A stretch of 64,000 nt of DNA. It comes from Deltaproteobacteria bacterium (GTDB lineage: Bacteria > Myxococcota_A > Polyangia > Polyangiales > Houyiibacteriaceae). The notes below the pieces were generated by a model. The model did no database searches. It worked only from the letters and a program-made list of their open reading frames with translations, and was not told the DNA's origin. Made by a program: the position numbers and the translations under genes. Positions 27,676 to 38,772 of this stretch are shown here, one piece after another. Each line of letters opens with the position of its first letter. The first letter of the stretch is position 1. The DNA is taken from the NCBI GenBank assembly GCA_019313915.1, contig JAFDAJ010000001.1, positions 33,369-97,368 of the forward strand, written 5' to 3'.

Positions 27676-28302
27676 GTGGGAGCGGTTCGCAGCGGGTTTG
27701 GATGCCTGTCGTGGGTAGGCGCCGGCATCATCGTCATCGCGTTGGTGCTCAAGGTGCTGGTGTTCGACATGGCCGAGGTCGGGCACAATGGGATGGCTCC
27801 CACGCTGCTTCGGGGCGAGCGGGTCCTGATCAACAAGAGAGCTACCCCGGACATCGGGTCCATTGCCGTATGCCAGCACCCCACCGAGGATGGCTGGGTC
27901 GTCGCCCGCGTAGCGGCCACCGGGGGTATGGTCATCGACTCCTACGGCGATGAGCTCCGCATCGACGGCGAGCTCGTGACTTTCGATCAGCAGGGCGAGG
28001 TGTCTTTCTACAACGCCGACAATGACCGCGCCAGATCGGTCGTGTGGGGCGACGAGTACTTCGGAACCCACATCCATCGAATCTTCATGGAGGCCAAGGG
28101 ACGGCATCTAGTTCGGAAGACCGAAGTTGGGGCCGGTGAGCTCTACCTACTTGGCGACTACCGTGCCTACATGGGGCAGGACAGCCGCGCCTATGGGGTC
28201 GTCGATGCATCGACGTGCCGCGGTACGATCGTCTTCCGGATCACCCCGGTGGACGGCCTCGGGCACGACATCGCCCACCGTTATTTCGAGCCGATTCGAT
28301 AG
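27676..28302 (+). CDS. Signal peptidase I (S26) homologue lacking both catalytic residues
   Basis: 208 aa with an N-terminal TM anchor. Box B reads HNGMAPTL where S26 enzymes have SM(x)PTL. Box D reads VVARVAATGGM where they have Y(V/I)KR(x)xGxPGD. Box E is recognisable as LGDYRAYMGQDSR. Confidence 0.75.
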   Translation: MGAVRSGFGCLSWVGAGIIVIALVLKVLVFDMAEVGHNGMAPTLLRGERVLINKRATPDIGSIAVCQHPTEDGWVVARVAATGGMVIDSYGDELRIDGELVTFDQQGEVSFYNADNDRARSVVWGDEYFGTHIHRIFMEAKGRHLVRKTEVGAGELYLLGDYRAYMGQDSRAYGVVDASTCRGTIVFRITPVDGLGHDIAHRYFEPIR

Positions 28303-28372
28303 TGGCGCTTCCACGTTGCCTGAAGCTCGGTCCGATCTATGCTCCGCGCGCCGAGGACACGGAAACCGCCTG

Positions 28373-29068
28373 ATGAGAGTCGCTGTCGTACAATTTCCGG
28401 GCTCAAATGCCGACTGGGACGCGCTGCATGCGGTGCGCGACGTTCTGGGCGCGGACGCCTGGTACGCCTTCCACAAAGAAACCAGCCTGGGTGACGCCGA
28501 CGCCGTCGTCATTCCGGGGGGCTTCTCTTACGGCGACTACCTTCGTGCCGGCGCGATCGCAGGCTTCAGCCCCATCGACAACGCAATCCGCGAGTTTGCC
28601 AGCCGCGGCGGGCCTGTCCTCGGAATCTGCAATGGCTTCCAGATTCTAACCGAGATGGGCTTGCTGCCCGGCGCGTTGACGCGGAACGCCCATCTTCGCT
28701 TCGAGTGTCGCGACATTCATCTGCGCGTCGAGAACGAAGGTCCTTTTACCAACATGGGCAAGGGCACCGTCCTCCGTCTGCCGATCGCACATGCAGACGG
28801 CCGCTATCACACGACCAGCGAAGGGCTCGCCGAGCTCGAGCGCAACGGCCAAATCGCCTTCCGCTACAGCACACACAAAGGCGACGCCCCAAACGGCAGC
28901 GATGCAAACCCAAACGGATCGGTGGGTGACATCGCGGGCGTTTACAGCCGCGACAAGAACGTTCTCGGCATGATGCCGCATCCCGAACGGGCAAGCGAGG
29001 TCATCCTCGGCAACGACGACGGTCTCTCGTTGTTCACCTCGCTTCGGCGTCACTTGGGGTTCGAATGA
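28373..29068 (+). CDS. purQ: Phosphoribosylformylglycinamidine synthase subunit PurQ (glutaminase)
   Basis: 231 aa from [12 protein letters not shown], with the catalytic Cys in GICNGFQ and the His in MMPHPER. It overlaps the purL start. Confidence 0.93.
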   Translation: MRVAVVQFPGSNADWDALHAVRDVLGADAWYAFHKETSLGDADAVVIPGGFSYGDYLRAGAIAGFSPIDNAIREFASRGGPVLGICNGFQILTEMGLLPGALTRNAHLRFECRDIHLRVENEGPFTNMGKGTVLRLPIAHADGRYHTTSEGLAELERNGQIAFRYSTHKGDAPNGSDANPNGSVGDIAGVYSRDKNVLGMMPHPERASEVILGNDDGLSLFTSLRRHLGFE

Positions 29069-31347
29069 GCACACCAGCGAACTTTCCCGGAGAGCCCGAC
29101 AGCTCACCCGAAATCGCGCGCGAGTTCGGCTTGGCCAAGCACGAATGGGACCGCGTCTTGAGCACGCTTTCCCGCGCGCCCAGCTATGCGGAGCTCGGTG
29201 TCATCAGCGTGATGTGGTCCGAGCACTGTTCCTACAAGTCGTCGCGCATTCACCTTGGGCGTCTGCCCACGACGGGCCCACAGGTCGTTCAGGGGCCCGG
29301 TGAGAACGCCGGCGCGGTGGACATCGGCGACGGCTTTTGCGCGGTGTTCAAGATGGAGTCTCACAACCACCCGTCTTACATCGAGCCGTACCAGGGCGCA
29401 GCGACGGGCGTCGGGGGCATCTTGCGGGATGTGTTCACGATGGGCGCGCGCCCAGTGGCATCACTGAACTCGCTTCGATTCGGTCGGCCCGACCATCCGA
29501 AGACCCCTCACCTGGTCAAGGGTGTGGTCGCTGGCATCGGCGGCTACGGCAACTGCATCGGTGTCCCGACGGTGGGCGGCGAGGTGCAGTTCGACGAGAG
29601 CTACGACGGAAACATCCTGGTCAATGCGTTCACGGTGGGCATTGCCAAAACCGACGAGCTTTTCTTCGGTGTTGCCGAAGGCGTCGGCAACCCGATCATC
29701 TACGTCGGCGCAAAGACCGGCCGTGATGGGATTCATGGGGCCACGATGGCCAGTGCCGAGTTCGGAGAAGAGACAGACAGCAAGCTCCCAACCGTGCAAG
29801 TCGGTGACCCGTTCATGGAGAAGCTGCTCCTCGAGGCCTGCCTCGAGATCTTTGCGACCGATTGCCTGTCGGGCGTGCAGGACATGGGCGCCGCGGGTCT
29901 CACCTCCTCGTCGGTCGAAATGGCAGACCGCGCAGGCAACGGCATCGAGCTCGACCTAGACGCGATTCCGCGACGGACCAAAGCGCTCAGCCCCTACGAG
30001 ATGCTTCTGAGCGAGTCGCAGGAGCGCATGCTGATGGTCGCCAAAGAGGGGCGTGAGCAAGAGGTATTCGACCTGTGCGCAAAATGGGACTTGGACGCGT
30101 CTATCGTTGGCCGCGTAACCGACACGGGACGCTTCGTTTGCAAAGCAACGCCCGGGTATGACCCGTTCGATGGCACCGGCGAGCCCGACCCGGTCGTCGT
30201 GGTGGATCTGCCAGTCGACTTACTGACGAACGCCGCACCTAAGTACGACCGCCCTCAAGAGGCGCGCGCCGAGCATGCCACTTTGATGACGATGACGGGC
30301 GACGCCCCCGACGACTTGGGCGCTGAGCTCGTGCGCTTGATCGGCTCGCCCAACATCGGAAGCCGCTCCTGGATCTGGCGCCAGTACGATCACATCGTCC
30401 GGGACGGCACTGTCATCCGTCCTGGCGAAGGCGACGCGGCGGTGATTCGCGTTTTCTGCGAGGATGCCTCGGGAACGCGCGAGAAGTTTCTCGCGATCTC
30501 GTCCGACTGCAACGGCCGGCACGTGGAGCTCGACCCGTTCGGCGGGGCTGCAATGGCGGTGGCCGAGTGCACGCGCAACGTCGTGTGTGTCGGCGCCAAG
30601 CCACTCGGCCTCACCGACTGCCTCAACTTCGGAAACCCCGAAGTGCCGGAACAAATGTGGCGCTTCGCGCAGGCGATCGACGGCTTGGCGGCGGCGTGTG
30701 CCGCACTCGGCGCTCCTGTTGTTTCCGGGAACGTGAGCCTCTACAACGAGACCGACGGCAAAGCGATCCTGCCCACGCCGACGGTTGCCGTCGTCGGTCA
30801 GCTCGAAGACGCTGAGCATCGGCTGGGGCTTGGGTTCGTCGGCGAAGGCGACGTCATTGCCCATCTCGGACGGCCGTCTCGCGGCGTGCTCGGCGGATCG
30901 GAATGGCTCGTCCAACGCACCGGCTCGGTGACGGGCGCCCCGGTCGGCATCGATCTCGAAGCCGAGGCGGCTCTTCAGCACGCGATGCTCGAGCTTGCGC
31001 GCACCAAATTGGTGAAGAGCGCACACGACATCAGCGACGGAGGCTTCGCGGTCTGCTTGGCTGAGTCGTGCATTGCAACTGGGCACGGCGCGCGTGTCAC
31101 CCTCCCCTCGAGCGAGGACGCTCCTGCACATGCCCTGCTTTTCAGCGAGGAGCCTTCACGTATCGTCGTGAGCCTCCCGGCCGGCAACGTCGGCGAGGTA
31201 GGTAACATCTGCAAGCGTTACGGCGTGCCCTTCGAAAAGATCGGAAGGGTCACCGGCCAAACGCTGGCTATCGACGGCGTTTGCGAAGTCCCGATCGAAG
31301 AGCTCGCCGACTCGCACGCAGCCGCACTCGACTCGATCGTCAGCTAG
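29065..31347 (+). CDS. purL: Phosphoribosylformylglycinamidine synthase subunit PurL
   Basis: 760 aa with [22 protein letters not shown] and duplicated AIR-synthase-like domains. No purS lies upstream in the window. Confidence 0.95.
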   Translation: MSTPANFPGEPDSSPEIAREFGLAKHEWDRVLSTLSRAPSYAELGVISVMWSEHCSYKSSRIHLGRLPTTGPQVVQGPGENAGAVDIGDGFCAVFKMESHNHPSYIEPYQGAATGVGGILRDVFTMGARPVASLNSLRFGRPDHPKTPHLVKGVVAGIGGYGNCIGVPTVGGEVQFDESYDGNILVNAFTVGIAKTDELFFGVAEGVGNPIIYVGAKTGRDGIHGATMASAEFGEETDSKLPTVQVGDPFMEKLLLEACLEIFATDCLSGVQDMGAAGLTSSSVEMADRAGNGIELDLDAIPRRTKALSPYEMLLSESQERMLMVAKEGREQEVFDLCAKWDLDASIVGRVTDTGRFVCKATPGYDPFDGTGEPDPVVVVDLPVDLLTNAAPKYDRPQEARAEHATLMTMTGDAPDDLGAELVRLIGSPNIGSRSWIWRQYDHIVRDGTVIRPGEGDAAVIRVFCEDASGTREKFLAISSDCNGRHVELDPFGGAAMAVAECTRNVVCVGAKPLGLTDCLNFGNPEVPEQMWRFAQAIDGLAAACAALGAPVVSGNVSLYNETDGKAILPTPTVAVVGQLEDAEHRLGLGFVGEGDVIAHLGRPSRGVLGGSEWLVQRTGSVTGAPVGIDLEAEAALQHAMLELARTKLVKSAHDISDGGFAVCLAESCIATGHGARVTLPSSEDAPAHALLFSEEPSRIVVSLPAGNVGEVGNICKRYGVPFEKIGRVTGQTLAIDGVCEVPIEELADSHAAALDSIVS

Positions 31348-32665
31348 TCTGTTTCGGGGCCAAGGAGTAGCCCACGAGCCCTGCCGCCACGGCGACGGCG
31401 ATCCAAGGGATCAGACCTGTTTCGGTCTTGAAGGCGTTGTAGAGCATCCAAATCGAGGAGCCGGCATAGATGGCCGCAGCGATCAAGGCCTGAGGTCGAG
31501 GGGCGCGGAGGTTTGGCTTGTGTCGCCTCACGCGGAACAGGCCGATCGCAACCAGCGCCGAGAAGAAGACGAGAATGCCGGCCACGTTGCTGAGGAGCTC
31601 CCCGATCGTGTGCACGTAGAGGAGGAGGATCGCGAGCGCGCCTTGGAGAACCACCGACGCCCGAGGCGGCGACCCCGGCTTGGCACGCAGGAACGACGGA
31701 AGAAATCCGTCGCGGGCCATCTCTGCGTAGACCCGGGGCCCCACGAGAAGCATCGCGCTGGCGCTCGATACCATGATCGCCGCGATGCCGATCGACATGG
31801 CGTTGGCGCCCGCATCCCCCAGGAAGTCCCGTGCAACCAGATGTCCCAGGGTCACTTTTCCCTCCTCGTACTGAAGAACGATTCCTGCACGCTCCGGGGT
31901 GAGATTGGAGAGGAGAACCCAGTTCACGAGGAGGTACGCGGTCCCCACTAGCGCGCAACCGATCAACATGGCGCGCGGCACATCCCGACGCGGCGCTCGA
32001 AACTCCTCGGCCGCGTAAGCCGCAGCGTTCCACCCCGAGAACGCGTAGGCCACGAAGAACAGGCTCGTCGCAAAGGGAAGTGCCGTACCGGTGGACTCGT
32101 TTACGGGGACCCAGGTTGGCCATTGGTTGTCGCCCATGGACAAGCCGAGCGCGATGAACGCGAGGACGAGGAGGCCCTTGATGATGACGAGTCCGTTCTG
32201 CGTCCATTTCGACAAACGGAGTCCGACCGCGTGGAACGCCGTCAGTGTAACGATCAGCGCGGTCGCTCCCAAGCGCGCGTCGCCGGCGCCGAACACCGCG
32301 AAAATGAAGGCCGCCGCCCCGAAGGCGCTGATTGCCGTCGGGGCCGAGAAACCCACGAGCAGCGACGCCCAACCGGCAAGGTAACCCACCGCGGGGTGAA
32401 GTAGCTCCGAGAGATAACGATACTCTCCACCGGACCGCGGAATCAACACAGCGGCCTCGGCGTAGGTGCGTGCGCCCGCCATCGCGAGCAGCGCCCCAAC
32501 CACCCATGCCAGGAGGATCCATCCGGCGCTGAGCTCCTGAGCCATGAAGCCGGCGCTCAAGAAGACGCCCGCGCCGATCATGTTTGCGACCACGAGGCCG
32601 ACACCGGACCCAAGGTCCAAAAACCCCATGCTACGCTCGGCACCACCAGGGTTGGATACGCTCAT
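31340..32665 (-). CDS. APC-superfamily amino acid/polyamine permease
   Basis: 441 aa with about 12 hydrophobic segments and the APC-type N-terminus ([11 protein letters not shown]). The 3' end overlaps the convergent purL by 8 nt. Confidence 0.85.
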   Translation of the reverse strand: MSVSNPGGAERSMGFLDLGSGVGLVVANMIGAGVFLSAGFMAQELSAGWILLAWVVGALLAMAGARTYAEAAVLIPRSGGEYRYLSELLHPAVGYLAGWASLLVGFSAPTAISAFGAAAFIFAVFGAGDARLGATALIVTLTAFHAVGLRLSKWTQNGLVIIKGLLVLAFIALGLSMGDNQWPTWVPVNESTGTALPFATSLFFVAYAFSGWNAAAYAAEEFRAPRRDVPRAMLIGCALVGTAYLLVNWVLLSNLTPERAGIVLQYEEGKVTLGHLVARDFLGDAGANAMSIGIAAIMVSSASAMLLVGPRVYAEMARDGFLPSFLRAKPGSPPRASVVLQGALAILLLYVHTIGELLSNVAGILVFFSALVAIGLFRVRRHKPNLRAPRPQALIAAAIYAGSSIWMLYNAFKTETGLIPWIAVAVAAGLVGYSLAPKQTS

Positions 32666-32729
32666 GCGATGTGGTTGGTCGTTGGGGAACGGCGTGATTT
32701 CACGGAGTCGGGGACCCGCAGAGTGTCCC

Positions 32730-35700
32730 CTATTCTGCCGCGTCGGCGATGGGGCGTTTTTTGCCGCGTAGCTCTACGGAGACCAGTTTGGAGACGCCGG
32801 GTTGTTCCATGGTGACGCCGTAGAGGACGTCGGCGAATTCCATGGTGCGTTTGGAGTGGGTGATGATGATGAACTGGGAGCGGTCGGTCATTTGCTGAAT
32901 GACCTCGGCGAAACGGCCGATGTTGGCCTCGTCGAGCGGGGCGTCGACCTCGTCGAGCAGGCAGAACGGGCTTGGCTTGTACTGGAAGATGGCGAAAATC
33001 ATCGCGACCGCGGTGAGGGCTTTTTCGCCGCCGCTCATCAGTTCGAGGGAGCCGAGGCGCTTGCCCGGAGGCTGAGCGATGATATCGACGCCCGTTTCCA
33101 GCATGTCTTGCGGTTCGGTCAGCTTCAGCTCGGCCTTCCCCCCGCGGAAAAGAAGCGGGAAAATGCGCTTGAAGCGCTCGTTGATCGCGGTGAACGCCTC
33201 TCGGAAGAGCGCCCTGCTCTCGCGGTTCATCTGACGAATCGCTTTCTCGAGCTTGGTGAGGGCGTCCTCGAGGTCACGGCGTTGACTGGTGAGGTATTCG
33301 TAGCGCCCTGCGTTTTCTTCGTACTCCTCGATCGCGGTGAGGTTGATCTCACCCATGCGGTCGATCAGCCGTTGCAGCTCTTCAGCGCGGGCGGTGACTT
33401 CGGCATCGGGCACGGGCCGCGCGTGGTGGTCGCCGATGACGTACGCGAGCTCAACGCGATGCTTGTCGAGAACCTGCTCGTCGAGGTGCTCGAGCGACAA
33501 GGTCAACTCCCGCTCGCGAAGCGTCAGCTCGTTCAGCTCGGTGGACTGCTCGTCAATGGTGGAGCGCAGCTTCTTGAGTGACGCCTCAGACTCCCCGAGC
33601 TGGGTCTGCGCTTCGTCGAACCGCGCGCGCTGACTCGAAAGCCCTTCTCGGGCCACACCTGCGTCGTGCGCCGTCTCGCTCAGGCGGCCGCGGTGCAAGA
33701 GGATGCGCCCGGCCGCTTGACCCTGATCGCGATCGGCGATCGCCACATCGTCGCGCAGCCGAGCCTCGCGCGCGTCGAGCTCGGAAATCGAACGGTCGAG
33801 CTGCCCCAACAAGGAGCGCTCGCGGTCGGCGCGCTCGCGGGATTGCGTCGCACCAACCTTGACCTCCGTGACCTTCGCTGCTTGCTCGTCGACGACCCGG
33901 CGCCGCTCGGAGAGCACGCTCTCGGCGACCTGGGAGGCCTCTTCGGCGTCGGCCACGTCGCGCTGGGCATCCGTGAGCTGGCGCCTGGTATTGCTTTCGT
34001 CGACGTCGACCTCGGACAGAGCAGCGCGGCCTTCAGTCTCGGCGTTGGCGATCTCCCGGCGACGCTCTTCGATGCGACGAATCTCCATTTCGACGACCCG
34101 GAGGTCTCGCTCGGCGCCCAGGATTTCCAGCTCGGCGTCGTGGGCCTGGACCCTGGCCGAATCGATGGCGGCCTGTCGCTCAGCAATGTTGGCCCGGAGC
34201 CGCCCCTGATTGGCCGTGGCGCCGTCGAGCTCGGCGCCCTCGGATGCGGCCGCCTCCTCGAGCTCGCGGATCTCACGCTTGAGCCTGAGTAAATGCGTTG
34301 CCGACTCATCCTTGGCTCCACCAACGACCGCACCGTCGGCGAGCAGGGCCTGCCCGTCGAGTGTGACCAGCTTCCCTTGGAACCCTTGTCGATGGAGGCG
34401 CGCGGCGGTTTGCAAGGTGTCGACGACCAAGACATCGAACAACAAGTGACGTACCCACGCTTCGTCGGCGTGCGAGTATCGAACGAGCGTCAGCAGCGGC
34501 CCAACGATGCCCATCCCCGCGGGGAACTGCGGCACGATTCGCGGCGCTCCGCGCGGCGAACGCGGAAGGAACGTCGCGCGGCCCTTCTCTTCACGTGCGA
34601 GGTAGTCGGCCGCGCGCAACGCCGCGTCAGTGTCGTAAACGAGTAAGTACTCGAGCGACCCGCCAAGCGCAGCACCCAAGGCCCGCGTGTGCTCCGCGGG
34701 ACACTCCAAGCGATCGGCAACCAAGCCGACCAAGCCGGAACGACCCGTGTCGCCCGAGGCATTGGCATATCCGGTCATCACCGCTTGCGCCCCAGCGCCC
34801 ACGCCTTCGAAGCGCTCGTGAATTTCGTTGAGTGAGCGCAGCCTCGACCTCGTTACCGCAAGCTTCTCGCGAAGCCCGTCGACCTCTCCGTCTGCCCGGT
34901 GCAACGCGTCCTTGCCGGTCGACAGCGATGTCTCGATCTCGGTTTGACGTTCGGCCGTCGCGGACTTGCCGCTCCGCAGTCCAACCATGCGGGCCTCGAG
35001 CTCTCCGCCCTGTTGCGTGAACTCCACCTCACGCGTCGCAAGCGTCTGCAACTCCTCTTGCAAGCGTTCGAGACGCCCGCGAATGTCTTTGCGCCGCGCG
35101 TCGTAACCATTGAGCACTGCCTCGGCACCCGCAACGCGGGCATGACCCTCCGCCAGCCGGGCGCGCGCGTTCTGCAGGGCCACCTCGGCCTCTTCTGCAG
35201 TGTTTTTGCGGGCTTGAAGCTCTGCTTCGACCTCTGACAGAAGCTGCCCCGCCTCGGTTTCGAGGGACTCGAGCTCGCTCAGGGAGAGTCGGACGCTCGA
35301 CACTTCTTGTTGCAACCCATCGCGCTGCCCCTCCAGTTGTCGAAGCTCGCGGGTCGCTAACTCTTTGCGCTCGACCAACGCAGTTTGTCGGTCCTGTTGT
35401 TGGCGGATCAAGCCTTCGAGTTGGCGAACCAGGTTGTCGAGCTCGTACGCGCGCCCTTGTCCGCGCTCGACCTCCGAGCCCATCTGCTGCAACGAAACAC
35501 GGTCTGCTTCGACCGATGCTTCTTTCGCGATCAACGTGCGCCGACTCGATTGCACATCCTCGTTAGCTTTCGATAGCGAGACGGAAACAGAACCCATCTG
35601 TCCGCGCAGCTCCAGGAAACGGTGCGACGCGACCCACAAGTCGAGGTCGCGCATTTCCGTCTTGTATCGCTTGTAGCGTTCGGCCTTTTGCGCTTGCCGC

Positions 35701-36338
35701 TTGAGCGACGCCAGACTGCGCTCGAGCTCACCAATGATGTCGGTGACGCGCAAGAGATTCTGACGCGTTTGGTCCATCTTGCGTTCGGCAGTGCGTTTAC
35801 TCAGCTTGAACTTGCTGATGCCCGCGGCCTCTTCGATCATCGAACGACGATCCTCCGGCTTGGAGGTGACGATGTACCCGATGCGCCCCTGCTCGATGAT
35901 CGAGTACGCGCGCTTGCCAACGCCGGTGCCCAAGAACAAATTGGTGATGTCGAGCAGCCGGACGGGAGTCCTGTTGATGCGGTAATCGCTATTGCCCTGG
36001 CGATCGAGACGCCGCGTGACCTGAATCTCGGCGTAGTCGCTATATTCGGGCGGGGCGAGGCCGTCGGTGTTGTCGAACGTGAGGGTAACCTCAGAAAATC
36101 CGTGGGGTCCGCGCCCCTCGGCCCCACTGAAAATCACGTCCTCCATGTGCTTGCCGCGGAGTCGGGACGGCGACTGCTCGCCCATGCACCATTTGATAGC
36201 GTCGACGAGGTTCGATTTGCCACACCCATTCGGCCCGACGACACAAGTAATGTCGTGGTCAAAATGGACCGTCGTCTGGTCGACGAAGGACTTGAAGCCA
36301 ACGATTTGGAGCTTCTTAATCTTCACGATGCCCCCCAA
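32730..36338 (-). CDS. smc: Chromosome partition protein Smc
   Basis: About 1,200 aa with Walker A GPNGCGKSN, long coiled coils around a central hinge, the signature MSGGEKALTA and Walker B FCLLDEVDAPLD. The ORF-track start is a TTG. The GTG at 36326 (VKIKKLQIVGFKSF) matches the usual Smc N-terminus better. Confidence 0.95.
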   Translation of the reverse strand: MGGIVKIKKLQIVGFKSFVDQTTVHFDHDITCVVGPNGCGKSNLVDAIKWCMGEQSPSRLRGKHMEDVIFSGAEGRGPHGFSEVTLTFDNTDGLAPPEYSDYAEIQVTRRLDRQGNSDYRINRTPVRLLDITNLFLGTGVGKRAYSIIEQGRIGYIVTSKPEDRRSMIEEAAGISKFKLSKRTAERKMDQTRQNLLRVTDIIGELERSLASLKRQAQKAERYKRYKTEMRDLDLWVASHRFLELRGQMGSVSVSLSKANEDVQSSRRTLIAKEASVEADRVSLQQMGSEVERGQGRAYELDNLVRQLEGLIRQQQDRQTALVERKELATRELRQLEGQRDGLQQEVSSVRLSLSELESLETEAGQLLSEVEAELQARKNTAEEAEVALQNARARLAEGHARVAGAEAVLNGYDARRKDIRGRLERLQEELQTLATREVEFTQQGGELEARMVGLRSGKSATAERQTEIETSLSTGKDALHRADGEVDGLREKLAVTRSRLRSLNEIHERFEGVGAGAQAVMTGYANASGDTGRSGLVGLVADRLECPAEHTRALGAALGGSLEYLLVYDTDAALRAADYLAREEKGRATFLPRSPRGAPRIVPQFPAGMGIVGPLLTLVRYSHADEAWVRHLLFDVLVVDTLQTAARLHRQGFQGKLVTLDGQALLADGAVVGGAKDESATHLLRLKREIRELEEAAASEGAELDGATANQGRLRANIAERQAAIDSARVQAHDAELEILGAERDLRVVEMEIRRIEERRREIANAETEGRAALSEVDVDESNTRRQLTDAQRDVADAEEASQVAESVLSERRRVVDEQAAKVTEVKVGATQSRERADRERSLLGQLDRSISELDAREARLRDDVAIADRDQGQAAGRILLHRGRLSETAHDAGVAREGLSSQRARFDEAQTQLGESEASLKKLRSTIDEQSTELNELTLRERELTLSLEHLDEQVLDKHRVELAYVIGDHHARPVPDAEVTARAEELQRLIDRMGEINLTAIEEYEENAGRYEYLTSQRRDLEDALTKLEKAIRQMNRESRALFREAFTAINERFKRIFPLLFRGGKAELKLTEPQDMLETGVDIIAQPPGKRLGSLELMSGGEKALTAVAMIFAIFQYKPSPFCLLDEVDAPLDEANIGRFAEVIQQMTDRSQFIIITHSKRTMEFADVLYGVTMEQPGVSKLVSVELRGKKRPIADAAE

Positions 36339-36483
36339 AGGAGTAGTTGGACGTGGCTATCACTGAACATACGATATTGCAACGCTTTACGCGACCAGAA
36401 GCGAGGGTCAGTGCGTGACCCCCACAATATGTAGTGGTTGGGTCATCTGCACCCGCCTAAGTTCAAGTCAGCGTGAGGGGTTC

Positions 36484-37233
36484 CTACTCGGACTTCGCTG
36501 CCTGGAGCGCGTCGGCGACGGGAGGCTCGGAGCCGGCCTGGCCCCGTCGCATCGACGCGGGAACCCGGTCTCGGAGGTATTCGAGGAAGGTTCTTGCCAT
36601 CTCCATGTCTCGGGACGAGAGAGCATCCACGAGCTCGTGGAGCCTCTTGCGATTGCCGTCGCTCGGCGCGACCGCACTGGCCCGCGGGTCCGTCGCCTCG
36701 GCCGGCTTCTCGGCTTGGGGCTCATCTTCCTGGACCTGTTGGGCCGTCGGAACGTGCCACGTGGGTCGCTCCACGGAGTGAATCCCGTGCGCGGTCAGCC
36801 ACGATTCCATACAGGATCGCAAGCGCTCGGATCGAAAGGCAAACCAGCGCTCCCGATCCACCGCGTGGCTCACCAGGGCGTCCTTGAAACGTCGAAACGC
36901 GCCCTTGCCGTCTATCGCGACGTTGAGCCCTCGCCGCAGCTCTTCGTCTTCGACGGTCGCGATGAAACGCTCCATCCATCGATACTGCTCGCGCGACGAA
37001 ACCGGATCAATTCGCAGATACCGGCTGTCACCAATGATGCGTGTATGCATCGAAGGGTCTGCAACCCCGTCGACGATGCGAATCACCTCGCCAGTATCGA
37101 AGTGCAAGTAGCTGTGCACTTCGGGTGCGTTGTTTTCAAAAGCGTCTTCGAGTGCCTCCCAAGCTACCGGTACATCTAGTTCTTCTTTGTCTTCTGTGTC
37201 TTCTGTGTCTTGCCCGACATCATTCTCATTCAT
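36484..37233 (-). CDS. UPF0158 family protein
   Basis: 249 aa with an acidic N-terminus containing an EDTEDTEDKEE repeat. The family hallmarks are YLRIDPVSSREQYRWMERFI, GKGAFRRFKD and RERWFAFRSERL. A 4-nt overlap links it to the glpK stop. Confidence 0.7.
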   Translation of the reverse strand: MNENDVGQDTEDTEDKEELDVPVAWEALEDAFENNAPEVHSYLHFDTGEVIRIVDGVADPSMHTRIIGDSRYLRIDPVSSREQYRWMERFIATVEDEELRRGLNVAIDGKGAFRRFKDALVSHAVDRERWFAFRSERLRSCMESWLTAHGIHSVERPTWHVPTAQQVQEDEPQAEKPAEATDPRASAVAPSDGNRKRLHELVDALSSRDMEMARTFLEYLRDRVPASMRRGQAGSEPPVADALQAAKSE

Positions 37234-38729
37234 GTTATTCCCATCTCACTTCGCGCCCGCCGTACCGCGTCGCGCCATCGCCTCAAGTGCCCGTCTCGTA
37301 CGGGTTGGGTGACCTGGGGCTCAAAGCTACGCTCGATACGGTAAGCATCCACAATAGATCTAAGACCATCGAATACACCAACGGCCATGCCAGCTAAGTA
37401 AGCAGCTCCTAAAGCAGTCGTTTCGACATTCTCGGGACGGTCAATCGTCACCCCGAGCATGTCGGCTTCAAATTGCATGAGTAAGTCATTGCGGGCCGCA
37501 CCACCGTCGACCCGTAAACGTTTGATTGGGCGACCCGCGTCTGCCTGCATCGCATCGACCAGGTCGACGATCTGAAAGGCCATGGCCTCGAGGGTTGCTC
37601 GCGCCAGGTGCGCGGCAGTCGTGTCCCTCGTAAGTCCGTAGATGAGGCCACGCGCGTGCGGGTCCCAATAGGGCGCCCCCAACCCCGCCAAAGCGGGCAC
37701 GAACACGACATCACCTGTTTCGTCGACCTCTCGGGCCTTGGCTTCGATTTCATCGGAGGACTTGATCAGCCCCAGCCCATCGCGCAGCCATTGAACCGCA
37801 GCACCGGCGATGAACGAGCTTCCTTCGAGCGCGTACACCGTCTGGTCGCCGAGGCGCCACGCGATCGTCGTGAGCAGCCCGTGGTTGGAGTGCACGGGCT
37901 CGGTTCCGGTGTTCATGAGCAGGAACGCCCCCGTACCGTACGTGCATTTGGCGTCGCCGACTTCGAAGCAAGTCTGACCAAACAAAGCGGCCTGCTGGTC
38001 ACCAGCCATCCCGGCAATGGGAATCCCATCGGGTAGGCCCGGGACGCCCGAGGTGTGCGAGTACACTTCTGAGCAGGTCCGAACCTCCGGCAACAAGGCC
38101 ATCGGCACGTGCAGCTCGGCGGCGAGCTCCTCGTCCCAGCGTCCTTTCACGATGTCATACAGCAGCGTCCGCGAGGCATTGCTCGCGTCGGTCACGTGCG
38201 CCTGACCGCCGGACAGCCGGTACACCAACCACGAATCGATTGTACCGAAAGCCAGCTCGCCCTTTTCGGCCCGCGCCCGCGCGCCATCGACATGCCGGAG
38301 GAGCCATTCGAGCTTGGTTCCTGCCAAGTAGGGATCGAGCACGAGGCCGGTCCGCTGACGGAACATCTCTTCCTTGCCGGCGTCCTTTAGCTCCTGGCAG
38401 CGGTCGGCGGTGCGGCGGTCCTGCCACACGATGGCGTTGTGAACCGCTTTGCCTGTGTTTCGGTCCCACAGGACAGTGGTTTCCCGCTGATTAGTGATAC
38501 CGATGCCCAAACAATCGGTCGTCGCGACCCCCGCCCGCTCGATGGCTTCGCCCACGGCGTCGTGGACGCTCTTCCAAATCTCTTCGAGGTCGTGCTCGAC
38601 CCAACCCGGCTTCGGGAAATGCTGCGGAAACTCGTGATTTGCCCGCGCGAGAATCTGCCCCGCAGGAGACAAAAGCAGCGCGGTGGAACCTGTGGTTCCC
38701 TGATCGATCGACAAAAGAAAGCCCGACAT
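37230..38729 (-). CDS. glpK: Glycerol kinase
   Basis: 499 aa from MSGFLLSIDQGTTGST, collinear with GlpK throughout (FGTIDSWL, GDQQAALFGQ). Confidence 0.95.
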   Translation of the reverse strand: MSGFLLSIDQGTTGSTALLLSPAGQILARANHEFPQHFPKPGWVEHDLEEIWKSVHDAVGEAIERAGVATTDCLGIGITNQRETTVLWDRNTGKAVHNAIVWQDRRTADRCQELKDAGKEEMFRQRTGLVLDPYLAGTKLEWLLRHVDGARARAEKGELAFGTIDSWLVYRLSGGQAHVTDASNASRTLLYDIVKGRWDEELAAELHVPMALLPEVRTCSEVYSHTSGVPGLPDGIPIAGMAGDQQAALFGQTCFEVGDAKCTYGTGAFLLMNTGTEPVHSNHGLLTTIAWRLGDQTVYALEGSSFIAGAAVQWLRDGLGLIKSSDEIEAKAREVDETGDVVFVPALAGLGAPYWDPHARGLIYGLTRDTTAAHLARATLEAMAFQIVDLVDAMQADAGRPIKRLRVDGGAARNDLLMQFEADMLGVTIDRPENVETTALGAAYLAGMAVGVFDGLRSIVDAYRIERSFEPQVTQPVRDGHLRRWRDAVRRARSEMGIT

Positions 38730-38772
38730 CCGAACGGCTACGGTACGAAGCCTCGGGTGCAAAGTAAAGCGG

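Noticed and set aside
32710-32730. Hairpin GGGGAC-n9-GTCCCC just after the smc stop, considered as an intrinsic terminator.
   Set aside because: The stem is only 6 bp, it overlaps the stop codon, and no U-tract follows on the transcribed (minus) strand. The evidence is too weak to annotate.
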